From a virus (lineage: Duplodnaviria > Heunggongvirae > Uroviricota > Caudoviricetes): DNA of 64,000 bases. The stretch lies in the IMG/VR virus record IMGVR_UViG_3300032103_000073; one strand, written 5' to 3'. How positions within the stretch are numbered: position 1 is the stretch's first letter; each line of letters begins with the position of its first letter. Positions 36,241-46,054 of the stretch are shown piece by piece. Position numbers and translations under genes: made by a program. Under the pieces are notes generated by a model, which saw nothing but the letters and a program-made list of their open reading frames with translations, made no database searches and was not told the origin of the DNA.

Positions 36241-36894
36241 TTAGTATACCAAACTGTCTATTCTTTTATAGCGGATGTTAAAGGCATTCATCAGCAGTTC
36301 AACTTCACGCAAACATTCGTTTCTACCACCACCCACAATGTAAGCACCACTGAAACGTTTTAGTTGAGCAACACTCGTCCATTCTACGATTAAAGGATCT
36401 CCATCCATTTCTTCTATAGCACCTTGTATTAGAGACTGCGTTGCAGTACGCTGATTAAACGGCGGAAATTCTAGTTCTCGTGTATCATTTACTCGCTGTC
36501 TATACAATTCTCTAATCGTTGCAATAATTGTGGATTCTTCTACACCGCGATCCATCCAGGCCCTGAAGTACCCGTAGCCTTTGTCTACAACTTGAAAACG
36601 ATTCCAGTTTATTGCACCCTGAGGTTCTTTGTAATAATAGTCGCCGTTTTCGTCTTCGCCCTCTTCTTCTGGCTGATAGCCCGGAGCACGCTCTTCCCAG
36701 TACTGTGCAATATCTGACAAGTGATCATCTGTTGTGCCCGTGTCCTGTGCGTTAACAAAGAATAGCACAGGGCCAGTTTGCTTGGTTACAAAGTTAATGA
36801 TCTTTTGATTAACAGGATTGTCGTACGCAGGCTGTACATCTACACAAATAACAGGATAGTTCAGGCCTTCTAAAATTATATCCGATACTTTCAT
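36241..36894 (-). CDS. Hypothetical, isochorismatase-like fold (MKVSDI N-terminus)
   Basis: ICVDVQP, IVGG..ECL; CTAAATA upstream. Confidence 0.5.
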   Translation of the reverse strand: MKVSDIILEGLNYPVICVDVQPAYDNPVNQKIINFVTKQTGPVLFFVNAQDTGTTDDHLSDIAQYWEERAPGYQPEEEGEDENGDYYYKEPQGAINWNRFQVVDKGYGYFRAWMDRGVEESTIIATIRELYRQRVNDTRELEFPPFNQRTATQSLIQGAIEEMDGDPLIVEWTSVAQLKRFSGAYIVGGGRNECLREVELLMNAFNIRYKRIDSLVY

Positions 36895-36910
36895 ACTACT
36901 ATTTAGCGGT

Positions 36911-37111
36911 TTAAAGTTTCCACTTGGGCGCAGGCCTGCGAGTACCCAAGAGCTTTTTAAGCTCTTCTTGTTGTTTTATATTTTCAGTATGATCCTGTGA
37001 TCGTTCTTCTAGTGTTTTAGATTTAATGCCTAGCAGTGCTTGAAGTCGACGATTTCTCTCTATTACATCGTCGTACTTCTTTTGGTTCTCTGGACTAAGA
37101 CTCCAATCCAT
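36911..37111 (-). CDS. Hypothetical protein
   Basis: ORF coupled to the upstream gene. Confidence 0.5.
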   Translation of the reverse strand: MDWSLSPENQKKYDDVIERNRRLQALLGIKSKTLEERSQDHTENIKQQEELKKLLGTRRPAPKWKL

Positions 37112-38829
37112 TACTTGTTCCTAATAACACTTACACTACAGCCGGCAGGGTTTGTACAGGTCTGTTGTAAACTATAAGTATCTCCCGTGCCTGTTTGTAC
37201 AACACTAACGGTATTTTTGTTACCTATTAAGTTTAGTAACGTACTATGTCCGGTTCCAGTTTGGCTAACAGTTGCAGAATTATTATCTCCGCTTATGTTA
37301 ATAATACTTAAATTGTTAGCACCGTTTTGAGTATCATTGACGGTATTCCAGTTTCCATTTATAGAAACGTAACTAGTATTACCTAGACCGCCTTTTTGTG
37401 TTAGGTTAACAGTGTTTATATCATAGGTCATTTTAATGCTAGCTGTGTTGGTATTACTTTCTTGCTTGAGTACAGTTGCATTACCGTTGCCAAAAGATTC
37501 TAGGTTTAAGATGTTATTATTCACATCAGTAGTTGTTGTACCTTGTTGTACGTTGATGTTATTACCCCAAGCGTTCATCTTTAAACCTACAATATTGCTC
37601 TGTCCTGATTGCTTAACTGTAATTAAGCTGCCATTGCCATCAACTGTTGCCCAGCCGCTATCTGTTCCAGTGATGGCATTGTTGTTACCGTTTTGTTCTA
37701 GTGTTACTTGTGTGTTGTTCCATGCATACACTTGTTTAACGTAGATACTATTCCCTGCTATGTTAGGAGCAGCACGAGAATAAGTAGGTGCTGTGCCTAA
37801 CGTAGGTGTTATAGTATATGTTGTGACACTGGTACTAGTAGGAGTCCCGTTGCTGGTTGTAGTGCTGCCATCGCTGTAAGTTGTAGTTGTAACTGGAGTG
37901 GTTGTAGTTGTTGTTACAGTAGCAGTTCCTATATAAACGTTTGTATAATTACCAGTTGTTGTTGGATTAGTAACTGTAATGCTACCGGTATTAGAACTAG
38001 AACTAGAACTAGAAACACTATTAGTAGTCGATGTACTGGTTACAGTAGGAGCAGAAGGAGCTGTACCTGCTGTTGCTCCGGTACCTGCATTAGTCGTTGT
38101 CATTGTATTGTTGTATCCGCCAGCAGTACCCGATGTTGTGCCACCATTAGCATCGGGTCCACCGCCGTTTGCGTTAGCAACTAATCCAACTGTGCTAGAG
38201 CCCGGCACACCATCACTGTTAACAATACAGGCATTTGAACCTCCCCATGCGCCTTGACATGCGCCAAAGCCTGGACTACTTGTCCAACCTTGTGCTGTTA
38301 CGTTGTTGTATGGCCCGAACTCTGGGTTATAAGCTAAGTTGCCGCCGCCATTTAATGTAAAAGTAGGAGCACGGTACCATGGTCCATAATCGCCAGCCCA
38401 ATAACTTCCGTCTATACCATACATACTAATCTTAGCATAGGCCACTGTTGCAGCCTGCGCGGCTGTCAGCGTTATGCTAGTCGACAGGGTTGTCCACGGG
38501 ACCGCAGTATCAATACAAGGATTACCGCATACCGCATTTGGGTTTGGGAGGTTAGCAGAATAGGACGAATTAACGCTGGTAACCAAGGCATTAGCTGATG
38601 TGTAGAATTGTATCTTTACGTTTGCTGTATCACTTTGGCCAGCACGGCCTCCACCGTTGTGTGCTAATACACTAAAGTTAAATGTTCCGCCTTGTTGCAT
38701 AGTGCTGTTAAACACTACGTTTTGGCTAATAGTTGTTGTTACATAGGCGGTGGCAATGGCGTTATAGTTTGTCTGAGCAAACACACTAGAACACATTAAC
38801 AATAAGAAGGGAAAAAATATTCTAATCAT
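37111..38829 (-). CDS. Secreted protein with a Thr-rich linker and C-terminal curlin-like repeats
   Basis: Signal peptide; repeated Q-x-G-N/x-x-N units. Confidence 0.75.
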   Translation of the reverse strand: MIRIFFPFLLLMCSSVFAQTNYNAIATAYVTTTISQNVVFNSTMQQGGTFNFSVLAHNGGGRAGQSDTANVKIQFYTSANALVTSVNSSYSANLPNPNAVCGNPCIDTAVPWTTLSTSITLTAAQAATVAYAKISMYGIDGSYWAGDYGPWYRAPTFTLNGGGNLAYNPEFGPYNNVTAQGWTSSPGFGACQGAWGGSNACIVNSDGVPGSSTVGLVANANGGGPDANGGTTSGTAGGYNNTMTTTNAGTGATAGTAPSAPTVTSTSTTNSVSSSSSSSNTGSITVTNPTTTGNYTNVYIGTATVTTTTTTPVTTTTYSDGSTTTSNGTPTSTSVTTYTITPTLGTAPTYSRAAPNIAGNSIYVKQVYAWNNTQVTLEQNGNNNAITGTDSGWATVDGNGSLITVKQSGQSNIVGLKMNAWGNNINVQQGTTTTDVNNNILNLESFGNGNATVLKQESNTNTASIKMTYDINTVNLTQKGGLGNTSYVSINGNWNTVNDTQNGANNLSIINISGDNNSATVSQTGTGHSTLLNLIGNKNTVSVVQTGTGDTYSLQQTCTNPAGCSVSVIRNK

Positions 38830-39947
38830 TTGTAACTCTGATTGATAATAATAGTGCCTTGCGGCTTGCCGTATAACCCGCTAAAGTTCATAGCATCTGT
38901 TAACCTATCCTGCGTTACAACTACTAAGGCCTTTGTATCGTTCGCTAGTGTAACTGCTGTGAAGTTATTTCCGCTTGGGCTTAAGCTCATATATGCCCAG
39001 CCTATTTGATTTAACATAGGGTTATCGTTTTTATAAATTCTGACCACGTGTTCGTTTTCGTTTATACTTGCCTTAACTTCGACACCTTTATCTTTAAGTT
39101 CAGTTAAAGTTGCCAGGGCCTTATCTTCTTCTGCTTGCGCAGTTGCTCTTTTAACCTGCTGTGTTTTCTGCTGATCATCTGTTGCTTTAGCTTCTTCTGC
39201 AGAAACAGACGAGTTATCTCTTTTACTATCGCCTGTTTTATCTGCTGCATTACGAGCAGCGGCTTGTATAATAACTCCAGAAGTTGCCAAAGGAGGACGT
39301 ATCAGTAAGTTATTACCAATAGCAGTGTTAGATAAATTTACAATAACAGGAGGTAAAGGAGCATTAGCCGTTGTTTCTACAATAGTTGCTTGGTATGGTT
39401 GATCTAATGTAACAATTGTATTGCCGCTGTCAACATCGATACGTCCACTTCCGCAGATTAATCCTTTAAGGTTAATGTTGTGGTCTATTTCACAAGTAGG
39501 CATTAACATAATAAGACTCTTGCCTGTTTCATCCACAGCCACAACAAAGTCTGTTCCACGAACAGCGATGGCCGCAGTAGGAGTATTAATTTTTACACTG
39601 TTTGGATTGTTGTGTGCAATATTACCAGATACATAACGAACTGTACCTGCTGCTGCCTTTAGGTTTAACTTGCCGCCTGCGGCATTTTTAGGATCATAAA
39701 CAAAGTCGTCGATTACAAGAGCACTGTTCTCTGTAACTTTGACCGTTGTATTGTCTTTAAACTTGATATTAACAACACCGTTTTTTGTCTCTACTTTGTC
39801 GTTAGTTTCAATAGTAGTGCCCTTGGTAACTGTGATAGTTTCTTTCGCTCGCTTGATAATGGCCGTGCCAGAAAGGTCAACAACAGAACCAATCTCGGCA
39901 CAGGCCACTGAACTAGCTAACAATAAAGTTAATAGCCACGATTTCAA
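38826..39947 (-). CDS. FecR-domain secreted protein
   Basis: Signal peptide; DNTTVKVTENS, TPTAAIAVRGTDF. Confidence 0.85.
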   Translation of the reverse strand: MKSWLLTLLLASSVACAEIGSVVDLSGTAIIKRAKETITVTKGTTIETNDKVETKNGVVNIKFKDNTTVKVTENSALVIDDFVYDPKNAAGGKLNLKAAAGTVRYVSGNIAHNNPNSVKINTPTAAIAVRGTDFVVAVDETGKSLIMLMPTCEIDHNINLKGLICGSGRIDVDSGNTIVTLDQPYQATIVETTANAPLPPVIVNLSNTAIGNNLLIRPPLATSGVIIQAAARNAADKTGDSKRDNSSVSAEEAKATDDQQKTQQVKRATAQAEEDKALATLTELKDKGVEVKASINENEHVVRIYKNDNPMLNQIGWAYMSLSPSGNNFTAVTLANDTKALVVVTQDRLTDAMNFSGLYGKPQGTIIINQSYK

Positions 39948-39959
39948 CAGAGTCTCCGA

Positions 39960-40766
39960 TTAACGACTACGCTGAATAATATTAAAGCTGCCACCACTAG
40001 CTTGCGCACTGATGTTAGCTACATTGCTATAAGTTCCTGTTTGGCTTACATTAAAAGTAGTTCCGCCGCTGCCAGTTTGTGTTAACACTAAACTGCTTAA
40101 ACTTGCACTAGTCTGTGTAACGTTAATAGTATTGTTATCACTAGCTGTTAGGTTGATCAATGCTTGTTGACCAGCAGTGCTAGTTTGTTGCATAGCAATA
40201 GCGTTACCATTGCCAGTTACATAAACTGCTGCTTGTAGTGCAGGACCATTACCAGTATAGTTAAAACTGTTACTGTTTCCTGTAAAGCGAGTATCTAATG
40301 CCGCTGTGTTTGTATAAGTCTGTGTAGCGCTGGCGCTGGTTGTTTGACCCACACTTACGTTTGCACTGTTACTGTTACCGCTTTGTAACAAATAAACGCT
40401 AGCTGCATTACCTGTAACTTTTAATGTGTTGATAACGTTTAAGTTACCTGTTTGGTCGATAGTAACCACTTGGTTATTACCATTTAACACCATGCTGTTG
40501 ATAGAACCACTAGCATCTGCACCAGCGCGGTTACTGTTACCGTCTTGGTTGATACTAACTGTAGGAGTTGATCCTGTTTGTTCTAAATAGATAATGTTTG
40601 TTGTTGCAGCATTTAAACTTGCTGTTACACCTGCTGCAAAACGAGTCGTAGACTGTGTTGTAATTGCAGGTGCCGCTGCTTGTGTTGGTGCAGTTGGTGC
40701 CGTTTGTGCAAATACACCACCAGCCGCAATACCTGTCACTAACGTTGCGATTAATGTCTTAGTCAT
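39960..40766 (-). CDS. Curlin-like (CsgA/CsgB-type) repeat protein
   Basis: Signal peptide; QDGNSN/QTGNLN/QSGNSN repeats. Confidence 0.75.
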   Translation of the reverse strand: MTKTLIATLVTGIAAGGVFAQTAPTAPTQAAAPAITTQSTTRFAAGVTASLNAATTNIIYLEQTGSTPTVSINQDGNSNRAGADASGSINSMVLNGNNQVVTIDQTGNLNVINTLKVTGNAASVYLLQSGNSNSANVSVGQTTSASATQTYTNTAALDTRFTGNSNSFNYTGNGPALQAAVYVTGNGNAIAMQQTSTAGQQALINLTASDNNTINVTQTSASLSSLVLTQTGSGGTTFNVSQTGTYSNVANISAQASGGSFNIIQRSR

Positions 40767-41566
40767 TTTGTAGACTCCTCTTTAAATTTCCATAGACCCA
40801 ATTGCTCTCCTCGTTTAACTAATTCAACAATACCTTGTTCTATTGCAGAACGGAGAGCATAATTTCCCGGCTCGTTAAAAGTTTGACTAGAATCAAATTC
40901 AAACGATCGTGTTCCTTGATTGTAAAACTTCATCACAGTAGCACCGTCTTGTGTGCTTAATAAATTCTTTTCAATCGTTACACTTGTTAAGACTTCACCT
41001 GTTTGCACACTGACTAGTCTTAAACTAATTACAACTTGGTCCTGGGTGTATTGTGTATATGGTCCGATACCAAATACTGCAACACCTGTGCCACCTGTCA
41101 AAACGTTGCTGTTGTAATCAACAATGCCGCCTTCTAAAATAACACCTGCTAGTGTTAAAGGAGGCAGCGGTTTAGCGTTGGCGCCTTCGTAGATCTCACG
41201 AGTTTGCTTGATCATTTGGCGCTCTTTTAATAAGTTATCTAGGTTTACACGCTCGACAACTGTAAACCACTGGCGGTTGCCTGCTTCGGTTAGGCTTTTA
41301 ATCAAATAGCTTTCGGCGCCCTGTGTTACTGCGGTACTGAATAAACTAAGTGTTGTGCTGTTTTTTCTCTGACCTGTTACATCTTTGAAACCATAGACCG
41401 CAACCGAGATCTTAGGCCCTGCAGGAGCAGGTAGCTGATTAATTTCTTTAATAATAGTTTGACTAACTTTTGGTACATCTTTTACTCCTATTTCACCTAA
41501 TGGACGAACTGTCGAACAGCCAGCTAGTGCTAGCGCTAAGGATAATATTGTTAATGTTGTTTTCAT
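40763..41566 (-). CDS. csgG: Curli secretion channel CsgG
   Basis: Lipobox LAGC; FKDVTGQRK, STAVTQG, WFTVVER..LLKERQ. Confidence 0.93.
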   Translation of the reverse strand: MKTTLTILSLALALAGCSTVRPLGEIGVKDVPKVSQTIIKEINQLPAPAGPKISVAVYGFKDVTGQRKNSTTLSLFSTAVTQGAESYLIKSLTEAGNRQWFTVVERVNLDNLLKERQMIKQTREIYEGANAKPLPPLTLAGVILEGGIVDYNSNVLTGGTGVAVFGIGPYTQYTQDQVVISLRLVSVQTGEVLTSVTIEKNLLSTQDGATVMKFYNQGTRSFEFDSSQTFNEPGNYALRSAIEQGIVELVKRGEQLGLWKFKEESTK

Positions 41567-41576
41567 TTATTGCTCC

Positions 41577-42065
41577 TTAAAAACTAAAACTGCTAACAGG
41601 CACAGTGATCGTCTGTGTCGGACTGGCGTTTGCTACAAATGTTCCGTTGCTGTTTTTTATTCCATCAAATACTGTTAAGGTAACGTTACCATTTAGCTTA
41701 ACCCATTGTATTTGTTGTGTTTCGCTGACCATAAATTGCCCGTTAGTGCAGCTGGCTCCTGCGCCGGCGACACAGTCTTTAAATAGATTATTTGTTAGTT
41801 GAGTAGCCAATTGACTGTAAACTTGTCCCGTAAACAGTGTCATAAATTTCGCCAATGGAGTATTGGCCGCTGCTGCTTCAGCTGCACTTTTGTCTGCTGC
41901 TGCTTTAGACTCTTGCTGGCTTTTTGCGCTTTGGCGCATTTGTTCTACCGTAAGAACTTGACTTGCCCAACCTTGTCCGCTAAACGTTGGGTTTTTAAAT
42001 TGCTGAACGAATTCTGCGTGGGCAAATACCGGTAAAAGGGCTATTGCACAGATAAGTTTTTTCAT
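41577..42065 (-). CDS. csgF: Curli assembly factor CsgF-like
   Basis: Signal peptide, then EFVQQFKNPTFSG; upstream of csgG. Confidence 0.75.
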   Translation of the reverse strand: MKKLICAIALLPVFAHAEFVQQFKNPTFSGQGWASQVLTVEQMRQSAKSQQESKAAADKSAAEAAAANTPLAKFMTLFTGQVYSQLATQLTNNLFKDCVAGAGASCTNGQFMVSETQQIQWVKLNGNVTLTVFDGIKNSNGTFVANASPTQTITVPVSSFSF

Positions 42066-42127
42066 GACTCTGCTCCATTTTCTGCTCAGTTATTTAAACA
42101 GATTTTGGACAGAGTTAAGTGAGTGCT

Positions 42128-42493
42128 TTATGCCACCAAATACCAAACAATGGCTAGATAAGACAACTGATGAGCTAGTTGATCTAGACCAAATTGGTTC
42201 CAAAATAACGGCTTAGTATTGTCTTTACAACCAAATTTTACTTTGGTAAAATCAACCATATAGTGATATATGCCTTCTACCAGTGCAACCACTATGATAG
42301 AAGCTACGCTAATAGGAAAAAACCAGCTGGCTACTAATAAGGCCAACATTGTACACCACATGTGATCTAGCGTATGGCTAACGCCGATAGGATCCAACCA
42401 TACACCTTTTTTAACAGTCTGCATGTAGGTTTGGATTTTAAAATCGGCATACCAATGCTTGATTTGCAGCAAAATTAATATTAAAATATCCAT
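42128..42493 (-). CDS. DUF3307-like membrane protein
   Basis: HWYADFKIQ, HYMVDFTK, GLDQLAH. Confidence 0.8.
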   Translation of the reverse strand: MDILILILLQIKHWYADFKIQTYMQTVKKGVWLDPIGVSHTLDHMWCTMLALLVASWFFPISVASIIVVALVEGIYHYMVDFTKVKFGCKDNTKPLFWNQFGLDQLAHQLSYLAIVWYLVA

Positions 42494-42555
42494 AATATAT
42501 GTGGTTATTTAGTAGCAATAAATTGTTTTCTAAAGACCCTGAACTAAATAAACTT

Positions 42556-42870
42556 ATGAAACACCTACTTTTGGTAATTGCAGGACTGCTAGCAGCGGTA
42601 GCCGCTTGGGCACTAACTACTGTTGATAAACCAGTTTATTGCGACGAACCAAAAAAGATCATAAGTTCATTGGTAGGGCAAGAGTATCAAGAAGTCCCAG
42701 TTTGGATGGGTATGAGCGAATCCAACGATTCTCGATATATTTTAATGATGAACTCAACAACAAAAAGCTGGACAATAATCCAGATGAATCAGCAGGTTGC
42801 TTGCATTTTGGGCACAGGTGATCGGGGGCAATTAGCTCCAAAAACAACCAGTGCCAGAAACATTATGTAA
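42556..42870 (+). CDS. Secreted hypothetical protein
   Basis: Signal peptide; CTAAATA upstream. Confidence 0.65.
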   Translation: MKHLLLVIAGLLAAVAAWALTTVDKPVYCDEPKKIISSLVGQEYQEVPVWMGMSESNDSRYILMMNSTTKSWTIIQMNQQVACILGTGDRGQLAPKTTSARNIM

Positions 42871-42879
42871 CCATTTTAA

Positions 42880-42908
42880 TTGACACAGGGTCAATTAACT
42901 GCTATTAT
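42880..42908 (+). promoter_or_regulatory. sigma70-type promoter
   Basis: TTGACA-17nt-TATTAT. Confidence 0.65.
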
Positions 42909-42959
42909 TACTTTATATCTGCAAAGATATTAGTAATTCACAGCGTAAAAGGAGATCAT

Positions 42960-43514
42960 ATGCTACGCATAGTAAAATTTGCGTTGATTACAGTTGTTGC
43001 CTTTCTTTTGGCAATGGCTACTTACAAAGTAATCAATTACAAACTAGATACATTACGAAATGCAGATTCTGCAGAAACAAGCGAAATTACCGCAGGGGTA
43101 AGAGAACGTCAATTGCAGTGTCTTGCACAAAACATTTATCACGAAGCCGGAAGCGAGCCATTCGAAGGCAAAGCCGCAGTAGCACAAGTTACACTAAATC
43201 GAGCAGACAGTGGCAAATTCCCAGATGATATTTGTAAGGTTGTTTATCAAAAGAACATTGTATATGACCGTGTTCTTTGCCAGTTTAGCTGGTACTGCGA
43301 AGGCAAAGGCGGAGTTAAGCCAAAAAATAACGTTGCCTACGAACAAAGTATGGAGGCTGCAAAGAAAGTTCTCCTAGAGGGATTCCGTTTGCCTAGTTTA
43401 ACAAATGCCATGTATTATCATGCAGACTATGTTAACCCAGGATGGAATAAAGAGAAGGTGGCCAAAGTTGGTCGTCACATTTTTTACAGCGATAAACCAG
43501 GAAAGAAAATATGA
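42960..43514 (+). CDS. Cell wall hydrolase (SleB/Hydrolase_2)
   Basis: CLAQNIYHEAGSE, VAQVTLNR, QFSW, YYHADYVNP, HIFY. Confidence 0.92.
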   Translation: MLRIVKFALITVVAFLLAMATYKVINYKLDTLRNADSAETSEITAGVRERQLQCLAQNIYHEAGSEPFEGKAAVAQVTLNRADSGKFPDDICKVVYQKNIVYDRVLCQFSWYCEGKGGVKPKNNVAYEQSMEAAKKVLLEGFRLPSLTNAMYYHADYVNPGWNKEKVAKVGRHIFYSDKPGKKI

Positions 43515-43837
43515 TTAAAGAAATCATCGATCAAGCAAATAAGTTTGCAGTGAATAGTGCTACCAGCATTAAAGAACATTTGGTTGCAGTTAGTGCCGAA
43601 ACACTAGGTTGGATTGCAGTTATTCTCATTCACCTCAGCACAATTCCTACTCTAGTAGCAATCATGACAGGACTTACAGAAAAGACGCCACCAGTTGATC
43701 TAGTACTAGCAACATGGGCTGGCTTATTTTTGTTTTTTATCAAAGCAGCTATCAGTCGTGATCTACTTAATATTGTTACCATCGGGCTTGGATTTTTTAT
43801 CCAAGCAGGATTGATGGCACTTATTTTATTCAAATGA
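43511..43837 (+). CDS. Small membrane protein
   Basis: 3 hydrophobic segments. Confidence 0.65.
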   Translation: MIKEIIDQANKFAVNSATSIKEHLVAVSAETLGWIAVILIHLSTIPTLVAIMTGLTEKTPPVDLVLATWAGLFLFFIKAAISRDLLNIVTIGLGFFIQAGLMALILFK

Positions 43838-44079
43838 CTCGAGTAGTCTTTAAGACCCTTAAGCTCGGGGATGTGGAAGATCCCGATGTTTATATAGGTG
43901 CAGCAGCATGGGATTGGTTCCAAACTGAACACGGGGCATGGGTTCGAGACCATGCACGTGATTTAGTCTATATACAAAGTATAGACCCAAATTCGCTAGG
44001 CTATGCATATAAAATCGCAGGGCTACTAGACGAAGAGGACGAATTTTTATATAAAATAAAATGGGGCGATGTCATCTAA
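43834..44079 (+). CDS. LRWS-array protein 1
   Basis: Ends DEEDEFLYKIKW. Confidence 0.65.
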   Translation: MTRVVFKTLKLGDVEDPDVYIGAAAWDWFQTEHGAWVRDHARDLVYIQSIDPNSLGYAYKIAGLLDEEDEFLYKIKWGDVI

Positions 44080-44405
44080 CACCTGTTGCCCGTTGGAACT
44101 CCGGTAAATGCTTATGGGAAGTTCTAATAGAAGAAGCCCAGGGTGACAGATATGCTAGCGTGTACAGACCGGCTAACACTGCACACAAAATGCTCAAAGA
44201 CCAGGGTATTAAATTTGTAGAAGTAAGTAGCGATTATAAACATCGCAGTTTGATGCTAATAACCGACTGGGACTTTTGGATAGATAATGAAAGTAGTATC
44301 ATCAAATGGTTCACTGAATCAAATTTACAATACAGCAGATCTGGAATGATACTAGAGTTTGTTAGGCAAGAAGATAAAATGATGTTCAAGTTGAGGTGGG
44401 CGTGA
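44061..44405 (+). CDS. LRWS-array protein 2
   Basis: Ends FVRQEDKMMFKLRWA. Confidence 0.65.
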   Translation: MGRCHLTPVARWNSGKCLWEVLIEEAQGDRYASVYRPANTAHKMLKDQGIKFVEVSSDYKHRSLMLITDWDFWIDNESSIIKWFTESNLQYSRSGMILEFVRQEDKMMFKLRWA

Positions 44406-44728
44406 CTTACGACCCGAAATTAGCAGCCAAGGTCACTGACACAGGGCAAAAGATATTACTTCCTCTGCTCAGGACGGTATTGCCTAACCTTATGGCACAA
44501 CAAATTGTAGGTGTGCAGCCAATGGATGCAGATACTGGTAGTTTATTTGGTAAGGTGTTTAACACAAAGTACTGGCCGCATCAATACTATGTAAACTATT
44601 TAGATCGCAAGGAAGTTGAGCGTTGGTGCTATGATAACTTCAAGAGCCGTAATTGGAATAGCTATCGCAATCAGTTTGTATTCAAGCGTAAAGAAGATGC
44701 TATGTTATTTGCGTTGAGGTGGTCGTGA
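44402..44728 (+). CDS. LRWS-array protein 3
   Basis: GTGA overlap start; ends FKRKEDAMLFALRWS. Confidence 0.65.
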   Translation: MTYDPKLAAKVTDTGQKILLPLLRTVLPNLMAQQIVGVQPMDADTGSLFGKVFNTKYWPHQYYVNYLDRKEVERWCYDNFKSRNWNSYRNQFVFKRKEDAMLFALRWS

Positions 44729-44958
44729 TTAGAATTAAGATATTTGAAGAAGATCGCCACCCATCTGAAATCCCGAAATGGTGGTATAACTTTTGTCCAG
44801 ATAGTTATGGTGAGGAAGAAATCAATCATGCTCTCATGGATTGGTCGGCAAACTTTTGGGTAGCAAAACCTATAAATCCGTTAAGCGGCTACGGTGACAG
44901 ATACCTTGATTTTTATGATGAACATGCGGCGTTTATGTTTATGCTGAGGTGGTCATAA
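44725..44958 (+). CDS. LRWS-array protein 4
   Basis: Ends FYDEHAAFMFMLRWS. Confidence 0.65.
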   Translation: MIRIKIFEEDRHPSEIPKWWYNFCPDSYGEEEINHALMDWSANFWVAKPINPLSGYGDRYLDFYDEHAAFMFMLRWS

Positions 44959-45221
44959 TGGTAGCAAACAGTCATCCTCCTCCTACTCGTAAACATTCAC
45001 TTGATGAGTGGCGTTTTGATTACAATCCCGACAAAGAACGCTGGGAAACTTATCGCACACCAATAGATTGGCCCTTTGGATTGTATGGCTGGTTATGGGC
45101 GCTTGGCAACCCACTCAGTGATCTAGCAGGCAATGAATCCAGTGACTGGGACTATCACGGCGGCTGGATTTATCTGTATAATGAAGAATCAGTCATGTTG
45201 TTTTTATTAAAGTGGTCATAA
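44958..45221 (+). CDS. LRWS-array protein 5
   Basis: TAATG overlap; ends YNEESVMLFLLKWS. Confidence 0.65.
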   Translation: MVANSHPPPTRKHSLDEWRFDYNPDKERWETYRTPIDWPFGLYGWLWALGNPLSDLAGNESSDWDYHGGWIYLYNEESVMLFLLKWS

Positions 45222-45418
45222 TGGAAGTGTTTTACATTACTTGGCAAATAGAAGATCACCGCCGTTGGTGTGTAACTTGCCCTAGTTTGCCCGAGACTGA
45301 CCAGTTTGAACGAACTAAGTGGTGTTGCGAACACAGAATGGACTTTGTAAACGTCGGCGTTAGATTTTGGTTTGCAGAAGAACAAGACGTAATGTTGTTT
45401 AAATTGAGGTGGTCGTGA
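45221..45418 (+). CDS. LRWS-array protein 6
   Basis: Ends FAEEQDVMLFKLRWS. Confidence 0.65.
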   Translation: MEVFYITWQIEDHRRWCVTCPSLPETDQFERTKWCCEHRMDFVNVGVRFWFAEEQDVMLFKLRWS

Positions 45419-45570
45419 TATACAAAGAAAGTCGCTGGGAAATTAAAAAGATAGACGAGGGGTGGCGTGCTACTCACTTCTTTATTTCAGTCTATGGCAC
45501 ACAAGGGTATGTCTATAACGATTTTGATACAGAGTATGAAGCATTGATTTATATGTTGGGATCTAAATAA
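45415..45570 (+). CDS. LRWS-array protein 7 (51 aa)
   Basis: GTG start; ends FDTEYEALIYMLGSK; read manually. Confidence 0.55.
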   Translation: MIYKESRWEIKKIDEGWRATHFFISVYGTQGYVYNDFDTEYEALIYMLGSK

Positions 45571-45809
45571 TGGATTTAGAATTAGTAAGACGACTAATGA
45601 TAAAATGGGCCACAGATGAAGGCATAAAAGCAACTTGCCCACCCGAAGCAAGATTTGTCACAGGCGATCATAAAAAAGACGGTATGTTGCACCACTTTCA
45701 AGTTGCCAGCGGATTAGCAGTAGAACTTACAGAAGATTTTTCTAATGTAGAAGAATGTAAAATAGTAGACCAAGAAAAGTTTATGATGTTTATGCTGAGG
45801 TGGTCGTAA
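45570..45809 (+). CDS. LRWS-array protein 8
   Basis: Ends IVDQEKFMMFMLRWS. Confidence 0.65.
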   Translation: MDLELVRRLMIKWATDEGIKATCPPEARFVTGDHKKDGMLHHFQVASGLAVELTEDFSNVEECKIVDQEKFMMFMLRWS

Positions 45810-46054
45810 TGAGTAATGATCAACTTTGGATTAGAGACTTGACCCATTGTCATATCCAACCCCAATTAGACAATGCATATCAAGCATGGAGAAGTGGAAA
45901 ATTTGGTTCAGGACCTTGGTACGTTTGGTTCGAGCATCATGCCGAAATAAATCTTGGCATAAAATGCGAAATCAACTACGATAATAGAACTGCATCCAAT
46001 ATCAACGTCATCGACGAAGAAAAGTTTATGATGTTTATGTTAAAGTATTCATGA
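45809..46054 (+). CDS. LRWS-array protein 9
   Basis: Ends VIDEEKFMMFMLKYS. Confidence 0.65.
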   Translation: MSNDQLWIRDLTHCHIQPQLDNAYQAWRSGKFGSGPWYVWFEHHAEINLGIKCEINYDNRTASNINVIDEEKFMMFMLKYS

